The position numbers and the translations under genes were made by a program. DNA of 64,000 bases, from contig CM030332.1 of NCBI GenBank assembly GCA_017654855.1, positions 620,001 to 684,000 of the forward strand, written 5' to 3'. Each line of letters begins with the position of its first letter. The first letter of the stretch is position 1. Below are positions 35,482 to 47,884 of the stretch, piece by piece. This stretch comes from Podospora anserina (Eukaryota). The notes under the pieces are model-generated. The model was not told the origin of the DNA. It saw only the letters and a list, made by a program, of their open reading frames with translations, and ran no database searches.

Positions 35482-38400
35482 CATTCACGGCGCAACACCG
35501 ACGCTGGGGAAGGGGAAAGCAGCACGGGCGGTTGGGACGACCTCCAAAAACGAAGCCGTCTCGCCAGTGCATTAATATCACGATTCATGTGGCCGAATGG
35601 TTTGGGATGCTACGAATTTCATTTTTTGGGTATCAGGACGGTCGGGGGGTCAGGAATATAAGGGCATGGGATTGAGGTCAACAGGACTCCTTTATCCCGG
35701 ACGGGATTGGTTTTTGGGTTTTGGGTTCTTCTCACCCCCCCTGCGGCTCGTTTTCTTTCTCAAGAGGTTGTTCGAGGGCGCATCACTTACGATTCATCAC
35801 AACAACAAAAACGGGGGTTGGTCCGCGGCGACGAGGAAAAGTTTGAGATTTGTTCTTTTTTTTTCTCTTTTTTTTTTCAGGCTCATGTTTTGTTTCACGA
35901 GTTTTTTTTCTCGTCTTTTTGTTTTTTTCTTTTTTCTCCGATTTCATCTCTCTTCATTTTGGTGCCCATTGTGGCTAGGACGGTTCATGGTGGGAAACGG
36001 GTCTCCAGGGTCAAAATCGTAATGGTATTTCAAGGGTCGCCGGCATGGAACACACGAGGTTTGTGTTGGCAGGGAGCGAGGCTTCGGAATGGGCACTCGC
36101 TCTTTAATAGGCAGGGAACAGGTCTGGGGGCTTGGTTGGTATATGGGTCAAAGAGAAAACCTCTCACCCACTGGGACGGCAAGAGGACATACACAAGAGA
36201 ATTAGAATGGTGTCCGTTAGAGATAGATAGACTGACGGAGACGATTGCTCTGGTATCCAATGGCAAAAAAAAGTTATTGGCCTCTATATGTTTGTCGATA
36301 CTGCCTGTCTTTTTCATAGCTTGCGCAAAGCTGGATGTTGATTCGGTGCCAGCTGGTATAAGAAAGCCAACGGACCAATCAAGAGAGGGCAGTCTTCCCA
36401 ATCTGGCTACCAGGGACCTTTCACACTGGCGATCTTCACCAAGGTCAGGTAGCACAGCAGACTAACCTTAACCAAACCAATGCACGACATCTGCGCATCG
36501 CTTTGGAAACACACCGACCTGGCCGCAACGTGATGCCTGCCCATGTCGATGCTTGGCCTTGTAGTAGGCGAGGAAAGACATGGGGTGACACGGCATTCGG
36601 CCCTCGATGGTCCAAGGAGGACTCGCGCTTGAACTGCACACGCCCACGTCCCGCTTGCCCCCCAAGCAGCAGCCAGCTCGGCGTACAACATGCATCACGC
36701 ACCGAAAGTAACCTGGGGACATCTCCCTGGTCGCCGCCACATGCGCCTGTCCTCGATTCCAGGTTGGCTGACAGCAGCCCCGGGACTCTTATGTGGACAG
36801 CCCACGTCCCAAGACCCGAGGCTCTTTCCAGGGTTCCTGATAGGCCGATCTGGTGTTGCATGATGCATCGAGACCGATTAAGAAGACGACAAACCAGGCC
36901 CTTCCACCGGGCAGATTTACGATGCCACATCGTTCTCGTCTCCTGACGAGCCTTCAGAACACAAAGCTCGCTTCTATAAGGTTTGAAAGCACGGAACGGC
37001 CACTGCAACACAGCCATTCTTCGAGGTATATCCAATGACCAACCCCGCCCTGGACAAGAGCCGCTGTGTCCCTCTGACCGAATCAAGTGAAGTTATTGTC
37101 AGGGAACCCTTGACGATGTATCGTTATGGTCTGTTGACAAAGCTAATTGAGCGAGATCGAGATAGGGAATATTGACACTCCAGCCATTCGTAAACAGAGT
37201 GGAGACCACGCACAATCTCGAATTGACCACCGAGCAGCTCATTCAGAAGGACAGGTGACTTTGAGGCCCCATGGAACCAAGCCAACCGATTCTATGCCCA
37301 GTTTTGGTACTACTGACGGACATTCAATGTACCGTACAGTTCCTGACAGCGACCCATACCTTACGTCACCGGACATGTCAGGGAAAGCGTGCCCGTACCT
37401 GCTTCTATTCAACACACTGCTCGGTCTTCTTGGCTCGCAGATATACCTACATACTGGCTGACTGGCTCGGCCAGCTGCCCGGCCTGTCAGGCACAGCTTG
37501 TTTCTTCGACATATATCTTACAGTTTGATTGGTTGGATATGTTACGCAGTCCAGGAAGACCGGAAAAAAGCAGGAATTTGAAATATGAAGCATGATCATG
37601 AATGAATTTTCAGACTGACAGAAATAGGAAGCCTCTCTTTCTGGGCGCCATGCACACGAGGTTGCAATTATCCCGCTTCTCGCCCTCCTCGCGCGTTCCA
37701 CGCCCACACTGCCACCTGCAGGCATCTCTCCTTCAAGCATGGTTCCTGCCTCTTTCGACCAAAAACCCTCTCGCCTTCGTGGGATGGGATTGACACATCT
37801 CGGCTGAGCCGTGGGCAAGCACGCAAATTTCCGCACAAAAGTTCGGGGTTCGGCCTCTTCGTTCATCATGAAAGCAACACCACATGCTACCTCTGGATAT
37901 CAAAGGCTATCAATTGCCATTGCCGGTATCAGCAAGCAATCATTGCCGACTGAATCTCCAGACCACGGACGATCTAATTTCACCAATCAGCTAGTATGCG
38001 AGCAATAACATCTCGATGGTCCGCCTTCAGCAAGGATGATCCTCCTTTCACCTACCATCGACAGCTTGGCCAAGCAGGTGAGTTTAAGCGGAGCTCGATC
38101 TCCCACCCGCCATGACATAACCGCTAATCAGGACTGGGGTGATTCTACAGCGGAACATATACGACATCTTCTTCATGGCACTGTTGCTCGCCAAGCAGCT
38201 GTTTCGGGAAGCGTCCCGATCTTGTTTCTTGCAAACGCATCCAAAACCTGATGATCCGTGGCACCTCCGTCCCCGGCCACACCTCGAGATGGGTGGAGCA
38301 GCCTGCCTCTCTCCGGTGCTAAGAGCGAGACGGCATTGACTGAATCGTCCGGGTGCATTCGCCCTGGAGCCGCTAATGCTCGATCCAGATGGTGGTTCTG

Positions 38401-41400
38401 GAGACTCGACCCCGGAATGATGCTTCACGACGATACGCTTCCCCAGAACCCCGCTACGAATGGTCCCTTTTCGCACAGACGGGCCTCCGCAAAGTACACA
38501 CGCACGCCCGAGAGGTGAGCCCAGCAAGAGACCTTTCACCCCCTTTCCTCTACCCCCACGCCCCCTCCCTCAAGATACAGTACAGAGCCGCGCCAAACCT
38601 TTTCGAGTTGGACCTGCGTCTGCTGCACCTACGGCTCAAAGAGAGGGCGGGCTGGTTGAAGATGCTGCAACTTTCTTGCATGGAAAATTATACATACCTG
38701 CGTCCTGCGCCTCTGTCGGAGGTTCAGACATCCAGAAGCCCAAGGACGAGATGGTGGGGTGTCACTGAGGGAGCTTTTTTTCTTTTGTTCTTTCTACACT
38801 GTATGACGTCGCTGTCGAGCTGCGTGGTGATGCTCTGTAGACCCGTTGTTGGGCGACGACGGCGGTTGTCCTCGGTTCGAGGTACAGCTTCGGTGAAGCT
38901 TTCCAGGGATGACGTTCTGGACACTTCTGACCTCGTGGTTTGTGTCGTAACGAAACCTGTCAGTTGCGCTAAGACGCCGCTGGATCGGGTTGGCCACATG
39001 AACTCAAGGTCAGCATCTCGCTGTCCGGCCACTCAGAGCCCTTCGTTTTTCTCGGTGTGCGATGCTAAACATTGGGGTGGTGAGGGGCAGGTGTGTTTGG
39101 ATGGTGCAGAGGCAGGAAAGAGGGGGTGGGAAAAGCGTCCGACAGCCACGCTTGTTGATTCGTGCGGAGAAAAGCAGAGCTCCAACCTCCCATTTCAACA
39201 TGCTACAGACGAATTATTGCCAACACTCGAGACAGATCATCATGCTTTGCTTTGCTGTCTGCAAGCCAGAAGCATCTATCTCAGGGCTGGGGAGCCGGGA
39301 AAGCCTTCACGCTATCCACTCAAAGGTTGAAGAAGTGTCTTGCCGTTTTCCAGAGCCCTTCTGTTCTGCCGCGCTGCAGGATACTCTACAGACGGACGTA
39401 CCGGATATGGCACCCGCGTCTCCAGACGTCGAAACAGACGCGCACGATCACACCTCAACAGGGGCTTTGAGAGGGCTTTTCGATGCAGGGCTTTTCGACG
39501 TGGTGCCATCGCTTTGGTGGGTGCATGCTGCACGCCCACGCCAACAAACGCCGAGCCGTGACGATGTTCTCCACGGCAGTTGGGGGTTTTCATGACAAAG
39601 TCAAACCGGCCTCCACGATGCGGCGGCAGCTTGAGCATCCGCGAAGGAGCTAAGGCACGTAGACGTCGACACAGATGCAGCCAGTGTAGGCAGCACAACG
39701 ACAGCAAGGACAGCAAAGAAAACAAACCGGAAGCGGGTGCAAACGAGAGGCCAATTATCGTGGTATGCAACCCTTCAAGCCAATCTGGCTGCCGGTTGGA
39801 GGAGACTCGGCATTGATGTGATATGCCCGGCACGAAGGATGGTGAGATCAACACTCGATGCACACACACACGTACATGCAGTTTGGCACTCTTTGGTCCC
39901 CAAGTTTGCCGGTCTCGTATTCAGTATTTCGGCTTGGCAGGAGGTCCAGTTCGGCATCGCCAACACACCCCAGACTTTGATCTTGGAAGGGGTCGATATG
40001 GACGGGGCAGGCGGGAGCTAGAAGAAGGCTTGACCTCCTTATTCATGCAGCTTCTCTCCATCAACAGGGCCATCAACATGCGCCGGTTCTTTGTCCGGAG
40101 GCTGCTTGCCGGGGTGTTCGGCCTGGGTGCTGATCGGTCGGTGCAAGGACGCGCTATCAGCGGTAGGTGGCCGTTGTCACGGTCCTTCTCGAATTTCCTG
40201 ACATTCACTACAACGCCCCTATCATCAACCAGGAAGAAGACTGGACAACAGATCTTGGATCAACCAAGAAGCTTATCGATACGCCAAGACCCGGCATGTT
40301 CTCGATAGTCTCTGGGACAGGGGTACATCTCTGCAACCAACACCAAAGGAATCAAGTTTGCGTGTCTCCTCGAACCGATATCCCATACACTGTTTTCCGC
40401 ATCTGAGCACTGTTTGCGAATGGCGCATCCTGCATGCCATCCAAGAACGGGTCAGCTTCACGGCAAGGAGGTTACCGGTGTGTGCTGTGGTACACGGTGG
40501 CTTGGTAAGTTTAGGTTGTGCCACCCCATCTCTTGTTACACGGGTATGAGATGTCAGTCTCTTCACCCGGCGTGGTAGGATGGTGTTTCCTGTTCGGTGT
40601 CCAAAAGGCGATCGAGTCCGGAAAATTGGACGAGGCACCTCGGGGCTGCCGCCAAACACAGGCTGTGCCGCTCCGTTCCGGCCAAGCGGGGAACGGTGCG
40701 GAACGCCGAGCAAAAAACGGCCGCTCAATTTCAACGTCAAGCAACGGGAGGGGTCCGGGGTCCCTTTGTCTCCACACACACCTTGACACCCCCACCTACC
40801 CGCACACAAACGGCAGACCCGATTAGGTAATCGAAGTCATTAGGCGGGGTGCGATTAACATCATGGGCCGCCGCCGCACTCGTCTGAGGGTGCATCATGC
40901 ACGCAATCGCCTGCATCAGTTTTTGGCGTTGTGGGTAAAGCATCCCGCCACGAGAGCTGCTCATTGGCAGAAGGCTTCACGCCAATGTAAGTGCGACTCG
41001 CGATCACTGCAGAAAAGCCCTCGGTTGTGGACGTTTTCATGGTCGAAAGCCATGTTTAATTTTGGACTGTCGACTAACGAGTTGCGAATACGCCGTTCAG
41101 GGTTCAAGCCAGACTGCTTGAGCTGGAAGGATAGTACCACATATATCGATACGAGACCCAGACGCCACGGCCATGTGAGTTATGATGAACATTGGGGGAG
41201 TTGCAATCGTGATGGGAAAGGTAGGGTTGGATCTGATTCGGCTGCTAAATGAACAGGACCGGCGTTGACCTATTCGATTTGAGGAATCTTCCGTATCTCT
41301 TGCGACAGGGCCAAACTTTGGCTCGACGAATGATATTGCCATCGTGAATCTTGAGAAGCTGTCGGCCCGTTACACTACTGTGTGGCTGAGTGGTTTTCCC

Positions 41401-44400
41401 AGCGGACGTCGGTGATTACCACGCTGGAACCCCCCCACAACTTGAGAGAGAGATTTTGCGAATTCAAGAACTCGGAGAGTCGCACGCGGCGATACTACGG
41501 CTGATGCGAACATCCGCTTGGCCACCGAGTTGACGTACACAGACGACAGATAGCGCGATGGCTTCTCGAGACGGTCTGGATACTGTTTGGCAAGCACGGC
41601 TTTGGGCATGGGACTTTTCCATCTGGTACGCATATGATATTGCGTGATTCCCCGTTCATTGGTCAGTAGTACTTTTCTTTTCCCGTTCCCGACGGCGCCG
41701 TCGATAAAGTTCTGGTCCGGTTATTCTACTCCGGGTGCAAGCATTATTCAAGATAGCTCGACAATGACGACGAGTGCCGCATCGGCCCGCGAGACGGCGA
41801 AAGGGGTCGGTTATGGCAGCTATTCGAGATTGCTCTTTGGCCACAACAGCCCACACACAACTCAGCCAAGATGAGTATCATCAACAGCAAGTTTTGTGTG
41901 CTTCTTCTTTGCTTTGCTGCGGGCAAGGACGGAACCTTTCATTTTCTGGAGGAGGTGTCCAATGGGCTGCCTGCGTCATGGTCCATCCTGGGTGGATTGT
42001 CCACCAACCCCACTGCGGGTGACCCACTTTGAGGGGAACGGTAGGAGGGGTCTCTTTTTTCTCAACATCAGATGGCGCGGAGGGGTAAGTTGATCTGATC
42101 TGTCCCGTCCCTGGGAGGGGGGAGGGGCCGAGATGCGGAGTGGTGGGTTTTGACAGACGTAGTTGTGCGTGATGATGACGAAGAAGGTTGGATCTCATAT
42201 GCGCGGGGGAAATTGGACTGTGGAGATTTTTGCGGGCTGTGCTCTGTTTTGAAGGGCAGAAACTTGGATTTTTATCTGATGATGGGGGTTGAAGGTGCAG
42301 GTGAGTTGAGATCGTGGGGAGGTTATTGGCAATCGAATAGAGAGAGGTAGGGATGAGGGAGGGAATAAGAGGGAAATTTTGGTGTTAGTTTGTTCGGATG
42401 GATGGATAGATGTGGGTTTTTTTTGTTGAGGGGAGTGTGAGTGAAGTTGGTAGGTAACATACATACATTGTGTTTGTGGAATGAATCGTGTGAACATCAC
42501 CAGGAGGTACTACCTGGGAGAGGGACTCGGGGGAGGAGAACTGGGCCTGAGTCGTGATATGGGTATATACTTAACCCCGAATGTCATGTCCAATAGCTTT
42601 CTACCACCACCCACAATGAGGTAATCTTTTGGAATTGTGTTTATGCTCATGACGAGATGATGGTATTTAAATCGGTTACAACGGTGCATGCAAGTGAGAC
42701 TTTGGACGCACGACATGCCTTCCTGGATAGGTCAATAGGTATCAATATAGCCTTTGTCTTGTGCTTGGCTTGAACGATTGTAGTTATAACAGAAGTACAT
42801 AGAACGATACCCTAGCTCATGATTGATTAGGCGCACCTATTAAGATGCGGGGGTGAAATATTTTGACTACCTTACCTAGATCAGATCAGATCAGATCATT
42901 TATTATATCGATTGGGGTTTGAGTAGTGGGAAGAAAGTGAGATCTAGGACATGGGAGGGGGTGTGTGGGCAATCTTGCATTGGGGCTTTTGGGGAAAGGC
43001 GGGGGGGGAGGGGCTAATCATCTATCTTGGATATTTTACTTGATGATGTTTGTTGAGACGTCATTTTTGTTTGACGGGAGTCTTGTCTGTGTCTGTCAGG
43101 ATGATAACCCCCTTTTTTTTTCTTGGAATTCTCTCACGATTGAGGCGGGCCGAGAGCATTAGACTTTTTCAGTGAGAGCTTGTTACCAGACAAACAAACA
43201 CCAGGGCTGCTCAGGTTGGCACATCAACTGTGTCATTGTCGGACATTGACTTGGAAAGCGCACAAGGCGAACACCCACCCACCTGTGTAAGCCCCTGTTT
43301 GAAGGTGAAAATGTTTGTTTGTGTACCTAACTGAGATATGTAAAGAAAGCGCGAGGGTAGCAGGTAAGGTAAGGTAGTGTTGGGACCAGCACCTGCCGAC
43401 AAGAACGGATTTCATTTTGCTCATCAGAGCAGTGGGTTATGTACAGATCTTTCATAGCTCCTTTTTTTCCCCCTCTTTCATGAGAGGTCGGTCAAGACAG
43501 GTATCAGAGGTTGCAACACTGCTCACTGGTTGTACAACATACTATTTACTGGGCCGAAGTGTACAGTCACTTTACTCTGATGACTTTGCTCAAAAGAACT
43601 GTGGGGGAAAAGCTGGGTTAGGTAGGCCTGGCGTGAAAAAGAATTACAAATACTCTTTCTAGAACCAAGAGGGCTTTCGCTGCTCTACTGTTGAAAGGCA
43701 CGAAAGACAAGCGGGTAATACTACAGAGTATTTCTTGCAAATTGAGCCGGTTAAAACAACGGGACTTGTTACTGCAATTGGAAGTGTTGCTTGCCGTCCA
43801 TCAATTGAGATCCCTAAGAGATGACCCTCAGAGGCCGCGCGGCTGTTAAGTAGATGCCTATCATTGAAGAACCTAATTGATATCTCGGCCAGGTGATACG
43901 GACCGAGATTGAGCAATTGGAACAAAGGCAAGTTATCGGGGACGGGAAGCAAGGAGACAAAAAAGGGGGAGGAAACCACGGCAAGCCGGCAAAGTCAAAA
44001 CCGGTGAGATGGTCCAAGGTGGAAAAGTGATGAGGTGAGGTGAGGTGTCACGACATGGCAACTCTCGGCAGCCCGCAGAAACGACATCTCATTGCTGTCG
44101 AATTGTTAAAGCTACATCATCTGCAACAGGCGAGCATATGGAAGGATAGATTATGCACATCTCGGTGAGGCATGGCTTGCGTGACCGGTGAAGCCACAGT
44201 CCCAAGGTTGTAGGATTTCTATTCAAGCCTCTTCATTACACCAACACCTAGACAGTAGACATCCATCCTTATACACCGTCATCAACAACCACCCTCAAAC
44301 TTCATTATCTCCAAAAGAGGCAACAACTCAACACATTACCATCCCCAACATCCCGTCTCGCATACCACGCTACACCCCCCCACACCCCTTCCCTTCCCTC

Positions 44401-45131
44401 CTTCATCCATCCCGGAACCGAGACACACCCTCATTCACAATCATATACCACCCGGTAACCAACAAATCCCAATCATGTTACACCCTTTCTACAAAAGACA
44501 TTGTACAACAAACATATTAAAAAAAACCACCCTCCCGCTTATATCCCCTACCTTTCCACACCCAGCACACAAACAAGTCAGGGGGAAGGAACAGACCGTG
44601 ATGAGTTGTCAACAATCCAACCCCCGCACGGCAGGTACCCGTTGTCAAATCTACCTATATCCGCCTCCGTGGCGGTGACAAAAACTCTACCCTTTCCCCA
44701 GAAACCCCCACACGCCTCCTCCCTCCCTCCCCCTACCCACAAACACCCACCAACCAAGCCAAGTGCTTTCTGCAACCACCCGGATCATCCAGATCTGCTT
44801 CCCCGAAACGGAGACACCGTCCCAGTGGGAACCCCCACGCTAAAAAGCGTCCTCGTCATCGCTTTAGGGTGGTGCTGCGCTGGTTGGCCATTGTACGTGT
44901 TGTTTATTTTGTACAAAGCCGAAGAAAGCGGGATCCTTTTCCGCTCCCTCTTTCACCCTGGGCGTATGGAAATCTGAGTGGTTGATGGTGACTGCGGGCC
45001 AGCAAAGAGAGAGAGGCAGGTAACAGCAGAGTACATACGTGTACAACGTGGAGAAAAAAAAAGCGCTTGCCGCGGCGGCATGCGGCTCCCCCCTTCCCCG
45101 GACAAGCCCATACTTTTAGCGTGATGTATGT

Positions 45132-45170
45132 ACAACAATAACAACAACAACAACAACAATAACAACAACA
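45132..45170. repeat. Imperfect (ACA)n microsatellite
   Basis: About 13 ACA/ATA units read directly from the sequence. Confidence 0.85.
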
Positions 45171-46080
45171 GCACAAACCCCCGTATCCAAATCGGGACAC
45201 TCTTCACGTTTTGCTGATTGTGAATTGTCGACACCTTGGATGAAGAAAGCCATGTCGAAATAGTACCAAAGACAACAAAGACGCTCCATTGTAGTGGCCC
45301 AGCAATACACCAATCTTTGCCACGGTGAATGACCTGGACAAATTTGGACAGATTGATGATAGCAGTGCTAATGCCCTCTGATGAAAAAGGACTCCCCGCG
45401 CGATCTCCAGGAAGGTTACCCCGGCCCGAGAATCGATGCCAAGAGCATCCTTTCGGGACGCCGACTCTCTCCTTGCCTCCTGCCGTGAGACGCTCAGGGG
45501 CTGGTCAAGCCGAGACCTAGAAGGCATCTTGTGCAAGACCACACACAGCTATTGGCTGCGATCTGCAACTGTGCCCCTGGATCGTGGCCCTTTTTGGAGA
45601 GCTAGTCCCGCCATCGTGATCTTCCCGATCCCGGCAGGTGCTCAACGTGCAGCGAGCGAGCAAGCTTCAAGAAGCCACGGGGGCTCTCCCCCCCTCTCTC
45701 TCTCGGGTTGTGTGTGCCATTGCCTCGCTGTGCGACGCCACGGGGACGGTGCCGCCACACCCGGCGCGGCGCTGGCCACGAGGGCCTTACCGGTCGTATG
45801 CCCGGTGGTTACGGATAGCTAGAGATAGTATACCGTTGCGAGACGGTACTGGTAACCTATCACCCTATCTAGTAAACGGAGGGAGGGTGCTCGTTTAGGC
45901 CATGAGATAGGCTAAAGTCCTCCCATCAGAGCTCGAGAAAAACCCATGTGCTAGGATCAGAGTCGGTGAATGGCGGTGAAGTACGTAGCACTCAAGAAGA
46001 AGGCCTGTTGTGTAGGCCGACGTGCTCTCTCTCGCCGGGCTTTAACCCTTTAACCCCTCAGTCAAAGAGATCGCATGTTA

Positions 46081-47001
46081 TCAACCAGACGTCTTCACGT
46101 TCTTTTCGCCCCCGACGCTTCCCGTTGGCGTTGTTGCAGCGCTATTCGAGTTGCGCCAGTCTTTATCCTTCTCTGCCCGGCAGCGTTTGACATAGTCGAC
46201 GATTTGGAGGGCTGCCGCGAACGTGTTTGCCGATGTGATATCCAGGACGAGCCCGCTGTAGTTGGATATGGCGAGTTGGCGACTACAAACCTCGTTTTCG
46301 ACGGGCCCAACCGGCTGCGGCGCAACCACTTGCTCACATTTCGATAGTGCCGGTTCACTCGGTCGCCGTATCTTATAACTGCACTGTCTCTGCAGGCTCA
46401 TTGTCCTTCGGATGCGTTCAGGGGAGGCGCAGTCCAGGGTCACCGGTATAAAGAGCCTCCCAGTGTTCTCGGCAGCTTCTTCCAACGTCTTAACAAAAGC
46501 ACGCCCTACCACAGTGTCGGGGGCAAAGGCTGGAAGTACGACAGCACGCGCCCCGTTGGAAGGCTTCAGCAGCAGCCGAGTGAGGTTGTCGGTGATACAA
46601 GGGTTCTCTGGCGTCTTGTCCTCGACCTGCTCAACCTTTTTCTCGTTGTTTGAGCCCTCCCAGTTGACCGTCGTCGATTCGTCGAATATCTCCATACCGA
46701 CGTCGAACGAGAAGTAGCAAGGGTGTTCCGGAGTCAGAAGATGTTTGTGAGCATGGACGCCATTGGTATCTCCTTCAAAGCCGAGACTGCGTACGTCAAT
46801 TAACATTGACTTGTCGTCTCCAAGGATGAAGGTCAAGAGCTCTGCCACTGTCTCCTTCCCTACACCAGGCGATCCATTGATGTGAATGAGGGGTGCTGGT
46901 TGCGGGTCCATTGGACGGCCGAGTACTTCGAAAGCAGGAATAGGTGGAGGGAAGAGGTGGGAGGAGAGGCTCGGTGGCCGTTGTTCGCGATATGAGCCCA
47001 T
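46081..47001 (-). CDS. Uncharacterised P-loop (nucleoside/small-molecule kinase-like) protein
   Basis: 306-aa ORF with a beta-strand plus Walker A, LIHINGSPGVGKET (GxPGxGKxT type), then FIPVTLDC...ERIRR and VLDITS. The start may instead be MDPQP at 46911. Confidence 0.7.
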   Translation of the reverse strand: MGSYREQRPPSLSSHLFPPPIPAFEVLGRPMDPQPAPLIHINGSPGVGKETVAELLTFILGDDKSMLIDVRSLGFEGDTNGVHAHKHLLTPEHPCYFSFDVGMEIFDESTTVNWEGSNNEKKVEQVEDKTPENPCITDNLTRLLLKPSNGARAVVLPAFAPDTVVGRAFVKTLEEAAENTGRLFIPVTLDCASPERIRRTMSLQRQCSYKIRRPSEPALSKCEQVVAPQPVGPVENEVCSRQLAISNYSGLVLDITSANTFAAALQIVDYVKRCRAEKDKDWRNSNSAATTPTGSVGGEKNVKTSG

Positions 47002-47884
47002 CGGTGTGTTGTCTGATCCTTCTTACGCCCTTGTGTTGGTTCTCAGTTGATGATGCTTACTTGGTGGATGTGGTGTGCGGGTGGAATTGACGATGAGGTC
47101 AGGGGTTTTGGCCCGGCCAGGAGAGCCTTCCTGACGAGGACTTAAAACAAAACACCATGCTGCATAGGTAGCACCACCATTGACGGACACGTACTGGTCG
47201 ATATCGGTCGAGGCGAGGTTGCGCGGAGATGGGACGCACACCATAGCTCACCAAGAGCCTAGCTTACATCCGCGGCCCATCCTGAGTTCGGTCCCGTGGG
47301 CGCGCAAAACATGCAGAATTGACTCAAACCTGATGTTGGCACAGGAGTCCGGCAAACTCTAAAAAGGGGGGCACACCACGGCAGCCGACCAGTCTCGATC
47401 TTTCCAGGTTCCTCCCATCGAGATTGCGGGCATATGTCTGGCCCTAGACTTTGGTTCCAGGAGAGGTGGCAGATACCTATCCAGGGGTGAGCTCCATTGG
47501 AGAGCCTTTCCGTCCATTTCAGAACCAGCCCGGCCTCGGGACCGACTGCTTTTTCTCGAATACAGCCACATCAAAGCGTGCCGCCAACATCAAAGCATGG
47601 AAGAAATAGGCGCCTTGAGGGAGAGGGTTTGGCCACACGGCAGAAGACGGGACAGGCGACTCTGAGGAAAGTGTGTCATCAAAGGATGTGAACGGGCCTT
47701 GGTTCGATATTACGCCCGGACAAAGACCTGTCTGGACAATGTAGAGAAAATGTACATGAGAAGCAACCGAGCCATGCAGCCGCAAAGCCCTCCCCTCCCC
47801 TCCCCCACCCTCCGTAAGAGATAACGCCAGAGGTCATGTGGTGATATTTCTTCCAACCGAAAAGAGAAGGCCGGAAGAAAGAAC

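Noticed and set aside
35707-36465. 252-aa ORF downstream of GT2
   Set aside because: Starts at a non-ATG codon and runs through T-rich low-complexity 3' UTR sequence, giving Phe-rich junk.
21782-46080. Genes with premature TAG stops corrected by sexual-stage A-to-I editing; Starship, Spok or het loci
   Set aside because: I found no recognisable domain interrupted by a single in-frame TAG. No tyrosine-recombinase captain, Spok, HET or NACHT motifs were seen.
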